From positions 1 through 43,322 of the forward strand of contig NW_025214415.1 of assembly GCF_004010195.1 (NCBI RefSeq): a stretch of DNA of 43,322 nucleotides, written 5' to 3'. Each line of letters begins with the position of its first letter. The first letter of the stretch is position 1. The stretch is from Chiloscyllium plagiosum. Its lineage: Eukaryota. Both the position numbers and the translations under genes were made by a program. The notes beneath the pieces are model-generated. The model was not told where the DNA came from. It did not search any database and saw nothing but the letters and a program-made list of their open reading frames with translations. Below, one piece after another: positions 11,120 through 23,627 of this stretch.

Positions 11120-14100
11120 ATCTTGTTGACAGCCTTCCCAAAGCAGGGAATGTTGTATGGTGCTGGCAATTGATGGAGTTTTGTCACAAACACGATTCAG
11201 ACTGGCGTAAAACAAATAAGTGCGAATCCTGGAAATCTGAATCCAGAACAGGAATTGACAAACAAATTCAGCCGGCCTGACAGCACCCGTGGAGTCAAAG
11301 AGATTTAATGTTTCATATCGACAGAATCAGGTTACTTGTGCATTTTATTGTTTTAATTCCTGGGTAATTGCCGGTTTCAATTCACGAATCAGCATACATA
11401 TCAGAATCTCTCATTAGCTGACAAACGTCATCTGTAAAATAAAAAATGTCATATCGGCTGTAATGCTGTTGCTGTTCTCCTGAGTTGGTGAAAGGCTGAC
11501 CTTACTCATTACCTTTATCTTGTCCTTTCTGTCCATGAGCAACAACGTTGAATGAGAGCTTCTGTTTTCAGTGTCTACCTTCGTATGCTTATCTATTTGT
11601 CTCCCTTTGTCTCTCTGTACCAGCTCGCTCTCTTCTACATTCTCCCACTCTCTGTCTGTCAATATCCCTCAATTTCTATTCCTACTCTTGGAAAAGTCTG
11701 AAATTCGGTGACAGTTTGAGAGTATACCTGTTTCGTGGCTTTCTCCGCCTCACCCCCCACCCGCCCCACCCCCAACACGCCCCGGCCAGAGTATGTAGAA
11801 CTGGGCTCACAGTCTCCAGGTAATATCTCTGTCACTTAGGTCTGAGGTCAGGTGACATTTCTTCACTCAAAATATGATCATTTACAATTGTAGTTAGAAT
11901 TCCTAACCGACCAGAAGAAAAGCAGTTTCTCTCCAATTATAGGATTTCAATGACGTCATTGCAGTTTGCCTAAAATTAATGAATGGTGACAGCAGCCAAT
12001 GAGAGCTGTCATCTCGCAATGGATGCGTTATTCCCACAACATTTCCTGGCAAGTCTGCAGTGTCTCCTGCCTCACTTCATTATTTAAAAAAGACTTGCTG
12101 TGACAGCGAAAGACTAAAAGTAGAAGCGATGGAGTCATCATTGGTGAACAGAGTACAGAATCTCGGCGTTGGATCAGCAGGATAGAACATTGACTAATGG
12201 GTCCACAGCAGGCGGCAGGGCTTGGTCTCACCAAATAACAACGGGCTGAGCTCAAACACAAGAAGCATGCTGAGCCCTCACTGTCGCGATATTGAATCAA
12301 CAACACCGCTTTTACAATAAGGTTATGCAATGAAATTTCAATGTACGGAACATTTCAGAGCATTTGACACCATACTCGCCTGGTTATTACCAGATGCTTT
12401 AACTGACGAAGCCACATACGGTGTTCTTAAAATCCGTTTGTGCATTTAATTAACTATTTGATCAGAGTAACGCGGACTTCCTTGCAGTAATAAAGCTGCT
12501 CGATGAGAATATATATCAACCTGTGCTTATGCAGGAAAGAACAGTTCACAGCTGGTCTTCCTTCACTGAAAATGCACCGAAAGAGGCAATCTCTTCTTGC
12601 TTTGCTTTCAAACTATTGCCTTCCCCTCTGTAATCTGACAGGATAAAGAGGGTGCGTTCATCCTCTCGGGACCGATAAAACGCGTGAATATGCACAGAGG
12701 GAATCTCATATCAAAAGATCAGGGTAATTGTGGTGAATTTGCCAGGAGTGGTGTGTGAGTCGGTGTTAACAGTGGGTAGTAAGGGCTAACCCATTAGCAC
12801 TGACATTGAGCCTTGCACCAACAGCACCTCCCTCACTTCTTGCCTCACGTCTCCCAGTCATCATTGACTTTCAGTTTATTCTACTCCCCCTTCGAAACTT
12901 CTCACTTGTTCCCGAATACTTTCGGGTTTCCACTTCGAAATTGCAGCCGTTTGAAACAAATTTCTGGAGTATGCTCTTTGGGATCAGCTGCACTGCCCAT
13001 CCATAATTACTCCAGAGCTTGTGACAGTAAGTTACGTTACAGAATCGTGGAAGTACTCAGCACAGATATGCATCCATGATGTCGCTAGGGAGGGAGTTCC
13101 GAGAATAAACAAATGACATTGAAGGAACAGTGAGATAGTTTCAGCTGAGAAAGGCGAGATTCTTAGAGGCGATTTGCGGTGACAGGTGTCTCGTGTATCT
13201 GCCGCAATTATCCTTCCAGTTGGATGCAATCTATCACTGGATTGATTCTGTCACATCCGCGTCTGTGCTCTGTGTGGAAGCAGGAAATAGTTTTCATTCA
13301 GATAAACCAAAAGAAGAGAAATACATCTTTATTTCCTGAATGCTAATTGGATCCAGGTCTGTGCGATTCAAACTCAGACTCTGAAGCAGGGACTCCACTA
13401 ATGCTTACAATAACCCTTGACCTAACCTGTCCAAACTTTTGAACATATTTTCTTTCTCCCCACATTTTGAAGCACCAGTCCTTGCCGTGAGTGGTGAAGT
13501 AGCGAACTAATCCCTCGCAGAAACACAACTGGGGCCAGAGACCCATATATCTGTCCCACAGCGGGTATTGTTTTGCTCCGAACAGACCGGGTTTGCTGTG
13601 TGGGACTGAAACTGTGTTCGATCACACACAGACGCAGTGTAACAGCTGCCAGCAGATGTGGAGAAAGTTGGGGCGGATTCAGACCCATTCTGGGAAATAG
13701 ACAGGATCCGGAATTCAGGGGAGCTTAGTGTCACAGAAAGAAGGCTTGAGAATTGGGTTGGGAAAGATATCAGCCATGATCGAATGGTCGGGCAGACTAG
13801 ATGGGCTGAAAACTAACTGCCCACCGATGCCTTCTGGTCCCTGGCCATCCGGAATCTAAGGAAATAGAAACAGAGTTTTTTTTTTTCAGTTCGGAGTCCT
13901 CCGGTCATAATTGGGTGAGGTGAGAGATGGAACACGTCTGATGTACGTTTAGAGACTGGGAAAATGTTTGGAGACGAAGTAATAAAAGAGGATCTGAGTA
14001 TAAAGTTGGAAGTCAGGAGATATTCAATAAAAAGGAAGAGTGTGTAAGGCAGAGGGAGATGGACATGGAGAAAGAAGTGTCACTGGTCTTGAAGTCTTAA

Positions 14101-14799
14101 CTCTATTTTCCTTTCCAAGATTCTACCAGACCTGCTGAGATTTTCCCGCAATTTCTTTTGTTGGTACTGAAACAGAAGATGGAAGTGAGTTCCTGGATCA
14201 ACCAGCTCTCTCTGTTCTGTGGGCGTTTGAATTCCCCGTTCGACTAGATCACATCTCAGCCACGCGAAGACCTCACTATCCTGCCCCACCCCACCCCTGT
14301 TACTGACAATAAACTGTTCATTACGTAAACTCACGTGCACGCAACACCATCATTTTCCGAGTGAATTGGGAAAAGTTTAGGGAGAGTTCCGTTCGGTTTC
14401 ATTCAGAGCATTCTAAATCAGTTACTTTTGTTTCAGTACAATTTGACATGGAGCCGTCACTCTCAATCCCCCGAGCTTGTGGCCATTCGCATTCCACGGC
14501 TCTGGATATTTTGGTTGGTGCATGGTTGGAATGGAACCTCACGTTTTGAAAGGGACATTGTTTATCATATATTCGGCTGAACTGATAAACGTATCTCTGG
14601 CACCTCCGGTACAGTGGAAACAATTTTCACTCAGAAACCAAGACATGATCAAAAACAGTGGTAACAATGTGTCAACAAAATCTGCAACAGTGAGCGAATG
14701 CGCTCTTGTTTGGGGTTGCAACATTGCAAATTAAATAGAGAGCTGTGAACCTATTAACAGATAAAAGTGCCCCTACATGAAACTGCATCTGCCAAGTCT

Positions 14800-17010
14800 T
14801 CTGCACTCACTTACTTTATCGATACCTGTTTGCAAAATTCCACATCCTTATCACAATATGCTCACCCACCTATTGTGTATCGCAGCATTTCACTCTGCCA
14901 CTTCCTCCAAGTCATTCGGTCAGATAAAACATTAAATCCGATGACTGACCAGTCTGGATTTCACTAAAAATATCTTTCCAACTTGAAAACTGCTCATTAA
15001 TCTCGATTCGGTGATTTCTGTTAAATAGACAATGGACAGACAATGCTGCTTTATGACCCAACACCGAGAACTCCTTTATTGTGCAACGGACTTTTATATA
15101 GCCCCTTATTGATTGCTTGCTAAAATTCGAATGTACTTTACTGAGCATCGTCCTTCACCAAGTCTGCAGGTCATGCTACCAAAGAAATCGTCAGATTGTC
15201 ATCGTGTGTTTTTCCTTTCAAAAATGATGTTGACTCAGTTTAACTGTAATCATCTCTTCTAAACTTTCTGCTTTTCTTAATGTGCAATGGTGGTTCACAT
15301 TTTCGAAATGACAACAAAGACATGAGAGCAGATGGAAGCAATTTAACCCATCAAGTCAGCGACAAGTTTCAATGAGATCATGGCTGATTTGGTTCATCCT
15401 CAACTCTCCTTTTGGCCTCATCTCTATGGCCCTAGATTCCTGAAGTGACCAAACGCCTGTCTTTCTCAGCCTTGCATGTATGCAGCATTGACAACCCTCT
15501 GTTGCAAACAACTTCACAGATTTGCTACCCTCTGAAAGAGAAAATATCCCCCACACCGAAGTCTTACATAATTGGCCCCTTCCGCTGTGAGGAGGCCTTC
15601 TGGTGCCACATTATCCCAGTGTACATCAGAGCAGAAAAAACCCTCAATGTCGGTCTGCACTGTCCAGTGCCAGCTCTGAGTGTTGGCAGCATTGTCTTTT
15701 TTGACTTTTGAATGAACAAATAGACTTGAATCTTCTTCAAAAACACTTCAGTGGCTGTAATTTCGCTGGCAGTGTAGTGCGCTAGAAAGTCGAGTGCTTG
15801 ATCACAAATATATCACTCTCAAAATGTTATCTCTGTTTCTCTTTCCACAGTTACCGCTAGACCCGTCGGTTTTCTAAAGTATTCTGTGAATTTACTGTGT
15901 ACAAGTGCTGCATTTCATTAAATTCCTTCAATCACAGTCCTCTGGACACTGACCCTGCTCAGTGACAATACTTCCTCCTGCTCGTCAATGTGCCAATCCC
16001 CACCGCTCCCTCCCCCATCAAGATAAACTGCTGCAGAACATCTTCAGTTAACTCTCTTGGCTCCAAAGAAAACCTCGGGAATCTCTCCAAATGCCAGGAA
16101 ATCTCGACCCTGGACATGGTGCAAGGCAGAGGAGTGTTAAAGAGATTTTGGGAAAATATTATCAATTGGCAGGTGGAAAAAATGTTAAAGAGGCAACCCA
16201 TATAACCTAATCTCCAACATTGTGAATCTTCAGAAACTCTGTGAGAATGAAATCCAAGGAGAATGAAGATGGGTGAACTGCCCGAATGAGCAGAGACAGT
16301 CAAGACAGCTTCCCCTTCTTTAAGAGGACAGACCATTAACTTTGATGATTCTCGTTCCCCTACATGACAAATACAAACCTCATCTGGACTCCAGGACAAT
16401 GCAAAAACTCGGGACCGCACAAGGGACAAGGAGGCTTGAAGGGAGGTGGTCCCAGTTCGAGGAGAGTTGGTGCTCAGTGACATGGGTGTGTCTGTCGTGG
16501 ATGGGATAAGATTGTTCCCATGCCTCCATAATGAATGTTCCAGACTTTATTTTGGAAAAATAAAACTGATAAGAGGACACTTCTCGGTTGGAAAGGACAG
16601 AAATCCGTCACAGCCTACATTAGATGTTCGGGCAAGGTTTTAGTTTGGACGTTTCAGCGTATTAGACCGTAAAATGAAAGGCTGGTGGTTCAAGACCTCC
16701 AAAGGCCACAGCGATCGTTGTTGTTAAAGCATCTGTTTTCTCTGCTGCAGTGTTTCTTGCTTCTAATGGGGGCAGGAAAATGTTCCTCAAACGGAAAATT
16801 TCGGTGTGAGGAACCAAAAAGAACTTTCTGCAATGGTTTAAAGGTTAATGTAATGAACTGTGGACTCTGGGAATCTGAAACTAAATCAGAAATTGCTGAC
16901 AAAGCTATCTGGTTTGGCAGTACCTGTGGGAGATTATTGATTTCTGATGAAGTTGTTAAATATTGCCATGATTCTCTCTGCATGGATGCTGCCAGACCTG
17001 CTGAGTTTTG
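14800..17010 (+). repeat. Old segmental duplication, copy B (paralogous to 6560-7060 plus 8810-10045)
   Basis: Same collinear blocks as copy A; lacks the CR1 and SINE insertions found at 7145-8431. Confidence 0.88.
16636..16709 (+). pseudogene. tRNA-Asn-derived pseudogene
   Basis: CAGCGTATTAGACCGTAAAATGAAAGGCTGGTGGTTCAAGACCTCC; the GAAAGGyTGGTGGTTC segment is typical of tRNA-Asn. Confidence 0.65.
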
Positions 17011-18641
17011 TCGTGGAAAACGTATAGAGATTCACCAGGAGACGTAGAGTGTTCTTCAAGAAGTCGGTCTGTTATTTGCAAACGAAAAACCGTGACACCG
17101 AGAAAGCAGATTCGCGAATGCTCTCGAACTTCATTGTCCATGGATTTTTATAATTTTTTCCCATGCTTTGTTTGCTTATCAGCATGTTTAAATATATTAA
17201 TCAAAGTACTTCACACTCGCTACACAATAAACCAGTGATGTTAGTTCCCATCATCTCTTTATTTGTTCATTCTACTTAATTCTCATGTGACGGTTAGATA
17301 TTTAATGTCAGCTTTCGCAACAATGGTCTTTCATTCCAGACCCTACTTCATATTTTCCCGATGCCATAATTAGTTGTTTATTGTCAATAATCTCAATCAG
17401 GCTGACTCTATTAACTATTAATTTGATACTTAATGTCATGTCCCAAATATTTATGTTCCCAATCGAGTCATAATGGTACTTAACAGGAAGCCTAACTTTA
17501 CTAACTGTAATCTAATCTCACCATCGAGACCTTTCAGCGTCAACCTTTCTATGCTAATTGGTGTGAGAGAATTCCACTATTCTTATCTCATCCTGCATTC
17601 TACAGACCCCTTGCAACAGATCGCCAGTGGGGTTCATGCTTTAAGCCTTTCCTTGCTTTCATGCTCTTTATTTTCCATAATACCATTTTTTCATTCTGAC
17701 CAATGGCAGTCATTCCTGGCACTGGATATACTGACGGTGAAGGGTCAGTGATCAGAGCGGACTGTCCCTGTAGTTCTGTTCCCGACTCTCCACCTCCCGC
17801 TCTGTTAGTAACCTCTCAGTCTCCTGGGAATTGCATTTTTCCCAATTTTGCCGGATTCCAGGCCTTTAACCTTGGCTGAGCAGACAGTCGATGGTCTGAG
17901 GAATATCATTCCCAAACCTCTCATGTTCGAGGTAATAACAATTAAAAACGATGTCTGTGCATCCTTCTCTAATCTGTGAAAATCATTGTTGTGGACTGTC
18001 GGAACATTTATTGACCGAAATTGAGGAGGTTTTGAACCAGATCAAACTCCTATGAGTTAAGAAGATGGTCTAGATCCCTTTTTCTTTTCCCCGATGGCAA
18101 ATGTACGACAATGCAATTCAATTGGTGAAATTTCCAGGCTTGAACCGAAACACAATTTACTTCGCACTATCGTTGTAACACAAACAAAAAACAANNNNNN
18201 NNNNNNNNNNNNNNNNNNNNNNNNNNNNNNNNNNNNNNNNNNNNNNNNNNNNNNNNNNNNNNNNNNNNNNNNNNNNNNNNNNNNNNNNNNNNNNNNNNNN
18301 NNNNNNNNNNNNNNNNNNNNNNNNNNNNNNNNNNNNNNNNNNNNNNNNNNNNNNNGGTCCGAATTTCCAGGGGCTTCTGTAATTATTTAAGGTTTCTGAC
18401 GATAGCAATCTCTCACTTTTCCAACAAAACAAAACGAACCTTATGTTGCGAACAATATTCAAATAAGCAATGGGCAGAAGAGAGGAAAGCTTTCGAGCAA
18501 CGCCGCCCGGATTGTCACGGCAATTAACAGGAACCATCGCCATGAAAACCCTAAAGCAACCTGACAAATCCATTTCGCCACAGCATGCAACGTTGGTGCT
18601 CAAGACTTTTCCTTGCAAAAACACAGGAAAAGCCACAACAC

Positions 18642-18713
18642 TGCGATGGTCGGGAATCGAACCCAGATCAACTACTTGGAAGGCAGTTATGCTCACCACT
18701 ACACCACAACCGC
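18642..18713 (-). tRNA. tRNA-Gly(TCC), best-preserved copy, probably a pseudogene
   Basis: Minus strand GCGGTTGTGGTGTAGTGGTGAGCATAACTGCCTTCCAAGTAGTTGATCTGGGTTCGATTCCCGACCATCGCA, 72 nt. A and B boxes intact, anticodon TCC, one acceptor-stem and one T-stem mismatch, TTTT just downstream. Confidence 0.9.
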
Positions 18714-18789
18714 GTTAGCAGCAAAACGATGCCGTTTCCCAAACACACTTAACAAGGCCGTGATAGTCACCAACTGAACTGGGGCTGAA

Positions 18790-18960
18790 AGCAAAACAAG
18801 AAATTGCTTGTAAAACGTCAACACGTCTGAAAACACCAGAATCAGAAGCCTTCAGCTCTTAAGAACAATCACTGGATCCAAAAGGTTCACTCCCCACAAA
18901 TGCTGCCGGGCCTGCTGAGTTTCCCAGCAATTTTTGTGCTGTCTCTCAGATCTGCAGTTC
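18790..18960. mobile_element. Short palindromic (MITE-like, probably Penelope-derived) repeat
   Basis: Left arm AAACAAGAAATTGCT... and right arm ...CCTGCTGAGTTTCCCAGCAATTTTTGT are inverted; same family as 29545-29750. Confidence 0.65.
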
Positions 18961-19059
18961 TTTGTCAGATAGAAAACAAACGTTGACCCATTGAAGGGAA
19001 TATTTGATCAGGTGATAGTCCTCTTCATCCACAGATATAGATGGGATGGAATATAGGAT

Positions 19060-19318
19060 CATAAAATTCTTACAGTGTAGAAACAGGGTATTCGGCTCAT
19101 CATGCATCCAGCCAAGTCTAACCCTCTACGCTATTCCTGTAACCCCGCATTTCTCGTGGCTAACCATATAACCAACACTCACCTGGACACTATTGACTAT
19201 TGAGCGTTGCAAATCCACCCTAACCTGCGCATCTTTGGACTGTGCGAGGAAACTGGAGCACCGGGAGGAAACTCACGCAGATACCGGGAGAATGTGCAAA
19301 CTCCACACACACAGTCTT
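19060..19318 (-). mobile_element. HE1-like SINE (5' truncated)
   Basis: CCTAACCTGCGCATCTTTGGACTGTG.GAGGAAACTGGAGCACC.GGAGGAAAC.CACGCAGA...GGGAGAATGTGCAAACTCCACACA. Confidence 0.85.
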
Positions 19319-19589
19319 CAATCAGACAGGGACCTGGGTAATTGGAGAGGTTTCAAGAGGGAGTGCAGACTGGTTTGTGAATGATGGGCCGAAAGCCTGA
19401 TCTCAGTGCTGTAAAGCCTCTACAGTAACGTGATTCCCTACATCCAGCACTGAACACAGTTTGCATTTTGTTTTAATCCGTCCTGTTATTGATATTATTG
19501 AGTGAAATGTATAGAGAGAGGTTGTTTGTGCATTCACACAGATCTGCGTTTTGATGGGTCAGGAGCAACATACAAAATAACAACTGGCG

Positions 19590-20110
19590 GAGGGAGAATT
19601 GAATTCCCCCTCCGAATCTGCCGAGGACATGCAGGACCCGGAACTTCTCTATCACCACTCACTCACCACCCGGCGCCCGGAGGAAGAACGCCTGATCTTG
19701 CTCCTCAGGAACCTCCAACACCAGGGCATCAATTTGGCCTTTACCATTTGCCTGATTTCCTCCTCCGACCACCTTATCCCAGTTCCATCCTGCCAGCTCG
19801 GCACCATCCTCATGGCCTATCCTACCTGCCAATCTTCCTTCCCACCTATCCGCTCCACCGTCCTCTCCGACCAATCACCTTTCCACCCACCTCGATCCAT
19901 CAATTGCGCTCTCCGCTCCCTTCTCCGCAGCGCCACTCCCTCCCATTTATCTGTCCACGATGGACACTCTCAGCCTCATTCCCGATGACGGTGTTTTGCT
20001 CGAAATGTCGACTCTCCTGCTCCTCGGATGCTACCTGACCTGCTGTGCTTTTCCTGTATTACTCTAATCTTGACACTGATCTCCAGCATCTGCAGTCCTC
20101 ACTTTCACCT
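19590..20110 (+). mobile_element. Penelope-like element 3' fragment (GIY-YIG C-terminus plus pLTR)
   Basis: RRPEEERLILLLRNLQHQGINLAF resembles the RxxEExxLIFRLGTLQPxGIN end of a GIY-YIG domain; pyrimidine-rich UTR; decayed hammerhead CCGATGA...GAAAT near 19982-20006. Confidence 0.85.
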
Positions 20111-21059
20111 CGCATGACTGAATTCCTGCCCTCACAGATCGAATTGGGTCTCGTGTTTTCATCATGAATTTCATTATGTTTAATATATTTTATTTTAAAA
20201 ATCATCGCAATATACTGATGCACTCATGAGCATGTAATGCATTTGGACAGAACAATACCTCCTTTCTCTGTGAACAAATAGAATTAAAGGAATCGGTTTG
20301 GAGAATGTATTCTCTCACAGAAACAGGAATAAGGAGTTATAATTCTCTCTGAAATAAACACAGGCTATTCAGAGGAATCTGATAAGGTCATGCAACATCT
20401 GCCGAGAGAAGGGAAAGGTTAGCTCATGTGTTATGAGAGTAGGGGAATTCAGCAGAGCTGTAGGAGTTAGAAAAGTAATAATTACTGAACAATTGGAATG
20501 GGGTTATCGCTGAAGAAATAATGAGAGGTCTATACAGCCTGGTTAAAATGTTCAGTCTGTTCTAGTAGTCAATCCAATCAAAGCGAGACTTAGATTTCAT
20601 ATCCAGTTTCCTGTCCAATCCATATATCCCGTGACTCCCTGAGAAACCAGCAATCTGTGTCTTCCAATCTGAAATGCACTCAATGAGGGTGCATCAACAA
20701 TCGTTAGGGACAGAGAATATGAAAGACTCAGAGGCCTTAGAGTTAATCGCTCTCTCCTCATCTCATTCCCAAATAACCTGCCCCTTACACTGACGGTGCT
20801 GTCAATAATAACCAAAAGATCTGTAAATGGTGTAACGTTAACAATGACTTCTCTTCACAGATTCTGTCGGACCTCCTGAGCTTTTCCGCAACTCCTGAGA
20901 CTGTGTTATCGTGTTTCAGATACCCAGACCCACAGGATAAATTTCTCACCATCTACCCTCTGAAGTCTGTTCAGAATTTGATTAATTCAAATGAAATCGT
21001 ATTTCAATTTTCTCGAATATGGACACAATTTATTCAAAAGCTCAGCATTGGAGTGGGTT

Positions 21060-21520
21060 TCAAACAGTGACCTTTATTTTGTGGTTCATTAATGTGTTTG
21101 GCTCATTGCCGCTGGGTTACCACGTATTACTCAGATAGAATTGTTCTGGCGAAGTTGACGATGAGTTAGCGTCTTGAACTGCTGCCATTCATTTTGTCCA
21201 GATAAACCCATAATGGTGTAAGGGAGGGAGTTCGAGGATTTCCAACGAATGGCACTTGTGGAACTGAGACGTTTTTTTCCGAGCCAGGGTGGCGAGTGGC
21301 TTGATGTGGCATTGTCAACTGGTGTCCCGTGTCTCTGCTGTGCTCAGTATTCCACGCGATAATGCAATGGTTCTGGAAGCTGCTCTGTGAGGAACTTTGG
21401 GGAATTTCTACAGTGCATCTTGTCTGTGGTATATTCCACTGCTACTGAGTGTGGATGGTGGAGACAGAGAATGTTTGTCACTGTGGTGCTGAGCAAGCTG
21501 CACTGCAAGTTAACTCTACC
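21060..21520. repeat. Decayed interspersed repeat (family unassigned), related copies at ~28960-29050 and ~41830-42150
   Basis: Shared motifs, e.g. TGGTAGTGAACTGCCTTATTGAAC versus TGATGAGCTGCCTTCTTGAAC, and GAAT.TCT.CAGTGCATCTTGT. Confidence 0.55.
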
Positions 21521-21817
21521 TAATTATGGAGAACATAACTACTTGCCATCATCATCAATCCATTTCACACCTGGACATCCAGTGATTACACGGATGTGGT
21601 ATACAAGTCTGTCAGTTGCTCAAGTGACCATGGTCTTTTAACTAAATTCAACTTTTCACGGGTATTATGCTGAGCGACCTCACGCGACTGTTCCACTTTC
21701 TCATCAACATTTCATTTGTAAAAACTGGGAACGAGCTGATGGGACACAGATTGTGCTGCAGATGGTTAGACACAGCGCAGTGTCAGTTACTGCACACTGA
21801 TTCTGTTTGGTTTATGC

Positions 21818-22055
21818 ATGTGTTTCTCTGAATGTGTGTGTGCATTATCGTGTGTTCCTGTCTCTGTGATTCTGTGTGTCTCTACCCATCTATCCCTTCC
21901 TGACTATCTGTGCTTATGTGAGTGTGTTTGTGTCTCATTGTGTGTAGTAGTGTGTGTCTCCATGTTTCTGACACATACAGACAGAAGCACACATATCGAC
22001 TTAAAGAGACAGACGTGCACATACAGTCACACAGTCATACACACACAAGCGCACA
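21818..22055. repeat. Low-complexity TG-rich tract followed by CA-rich tract
   Basis: Degenerate (TG)n to ~21960, then (CA)n-rich to ~22055. Confidence 0.75.
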
Positions 22056-22124
22056 GATATTGATGGAGACAGCAAAAGTGATACTATTAGAATTTCTTGT
22101 TCCTAAAACTAAATGAGAAATTAA

Positions 22125-22670
22125 TAGATTTTTGGATTGTTTGACTTCACAGGAAATTTGTCCATAATTTCGTCCGGACAGCTGCGCCTTTAACAAGTTT
22201 TTGAACGAAATAAGAGAAAGGTGGTTCAGTTAGTACAGTGCGAAGTTAATGTTGAAAGGATGAAAGCAATTTGAATCGATGAACCTATTTTACCATCCCT
22301 GCGTTTTCCAGTCTTTTCAAAATGGCCGCTGATGCTTCTGAATTGGGTCGACGTGCTGTCTTGTTCCAGGATGATGAATTAGGAATTGAGAACCTGGAGG
22401 ATATTTCTATTAGAATCAATACCGATCATTGGAAAAGTCCTCTTCCATAGGAAAGGGACTTTGGGATTGCTGTTAGATTTCAGCACTTCGAAGACCACCC
22501 AACAAAGAACAATGAAATACAAAACTACACATATTGTAATCCACTGGCCTTCTTTAAAAGTTTCAAATTAACAATGCAACATATTTTGATGGTGTTGTTT
22601 GTTGTAACCATTTTATTATACACATCACCAGAAAACTTAATGTGAATTCAGATATATTGTCCTAAAATAC
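22125..22670 (+). mobile_element. Gypsy LTR-retrotransposon RT-connection/RNase H remnant
   Basis: KFVHNF..AAPLT; FKMAADASELG..AVLFQDDELGIE, the Gypsy RNase H start (DAS..G.GAVL.Q). Confidence 0.8.
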
Positions 22671-23282
22671 AAATGGTGAAATATGTAAAAGCTTTAAGAA
22701 ATATGAAGGTTGCATAACATTGCAAGAAGGGAGAAATAATAAATAGACAGAACTTTTTATAAAAATTGTGCATCATGTATATTGCAAGTAAATGCGTTTT
22801 TGAAATGGCATTTTAGTTTGCTCAGGGCGAATACATATAAAAAAAAAATTAAAAAAAAGAATTGAGTGTAATTGTGGACTAAAATGTGAAAAGAGCGACC
22901 TGGCAAACAGATCGAAAGTGGAGGATAGCTGCAAGGTTTGACAGCAATTCACCTGATAGTGACCCAATAATTGAAGTGTGATTGGAGATTAATGGAGTTA
23001 TACACAGATGCAGCCTTTGTTTGTGACAAGAAACTCATTGATGATTTGCCACTAGTTCACCACTGACAAAGGCTTTCTGCTACCAGCAACGATGTGATTG
23101 GTTCTCAGGCAACTAAACAGCTTGGGACTCTGAACAAGATACAGGGAAGTCTTCACCTGCTCAGGAGTTCTCTCTGTTCGCGGCAGTGATAGGTGCTTTA
23201 ATCCTGACGAAACCTGCTTTATTTTTATTTCAGCTGTTCCTAAAGGCTCTGCCTTTTAATGAGTGTGTTAGAGATTGTTTGT

Positions 23283-23476
23283 AAGTATTAACCAGTCCTT
23301 CTGCATGGTGTAAATCAATGACAGCCTCCAAGATGCACTGTATAAATTTACCGAGGCTCTAAACAAAGTACATTCCAAAGACATGACAACGAAGAAATGG
23401 AAGGGCAGGGGTAGCAGATGAATGGGAGGCTTAGGACTTGGAGCCAGTGATCAAACTTGGTTAAATGAAGAGTAGA
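23283..23476 (+). repeat. ~190 bp direct repeat, second copy at 24231-24423
   Basis: AAGTATTAACCAGTCCTTCTGC...AAATGAAGAGTAGA occurs twice with few differences. Confidence 0.95.
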
Positions 23477-23627
23477 NNNNNNNNNNNNNNNNNNNNNNNN
23501 NNNNNNNNNNNNNNNNNNNNNNNNNNNNNNNNNNNNNNNNNNNNNNNNNNNNNNNNNNNNNNNNNNNNNNNNNNNNNNNNNNNNNNNNNNNNNNNNNNNN
23601 NNNNNNNNNNNNNNNNNNNNNNNNNNN

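Noticed and set aside
12129..12340. Possible histone H2B relic (YNKVMQ versus YKVMKQ) downstream of CCAAT/CRE
   Set aside because: One short weak match; no further histone-fold sequence and no 3' stem-loop seen.
13483..13550. Possible extra tRNA-His traces (also ~17090 and ~18495-18522)
   Set aside because: Only 7-8 nt anchors; no convincing A/B boxes or collinear alignment.
19502..20038. 178-aa Pro/His-rich ORF
   Set aside because: Alternative frame of the pyrimidine-rich Penelope 3' region.
21818..22055. TG-rich then CA-rich tracts as a structured hairpin RNA
   Set aside because: Low-complexity complementarity only; no specific paired arms.
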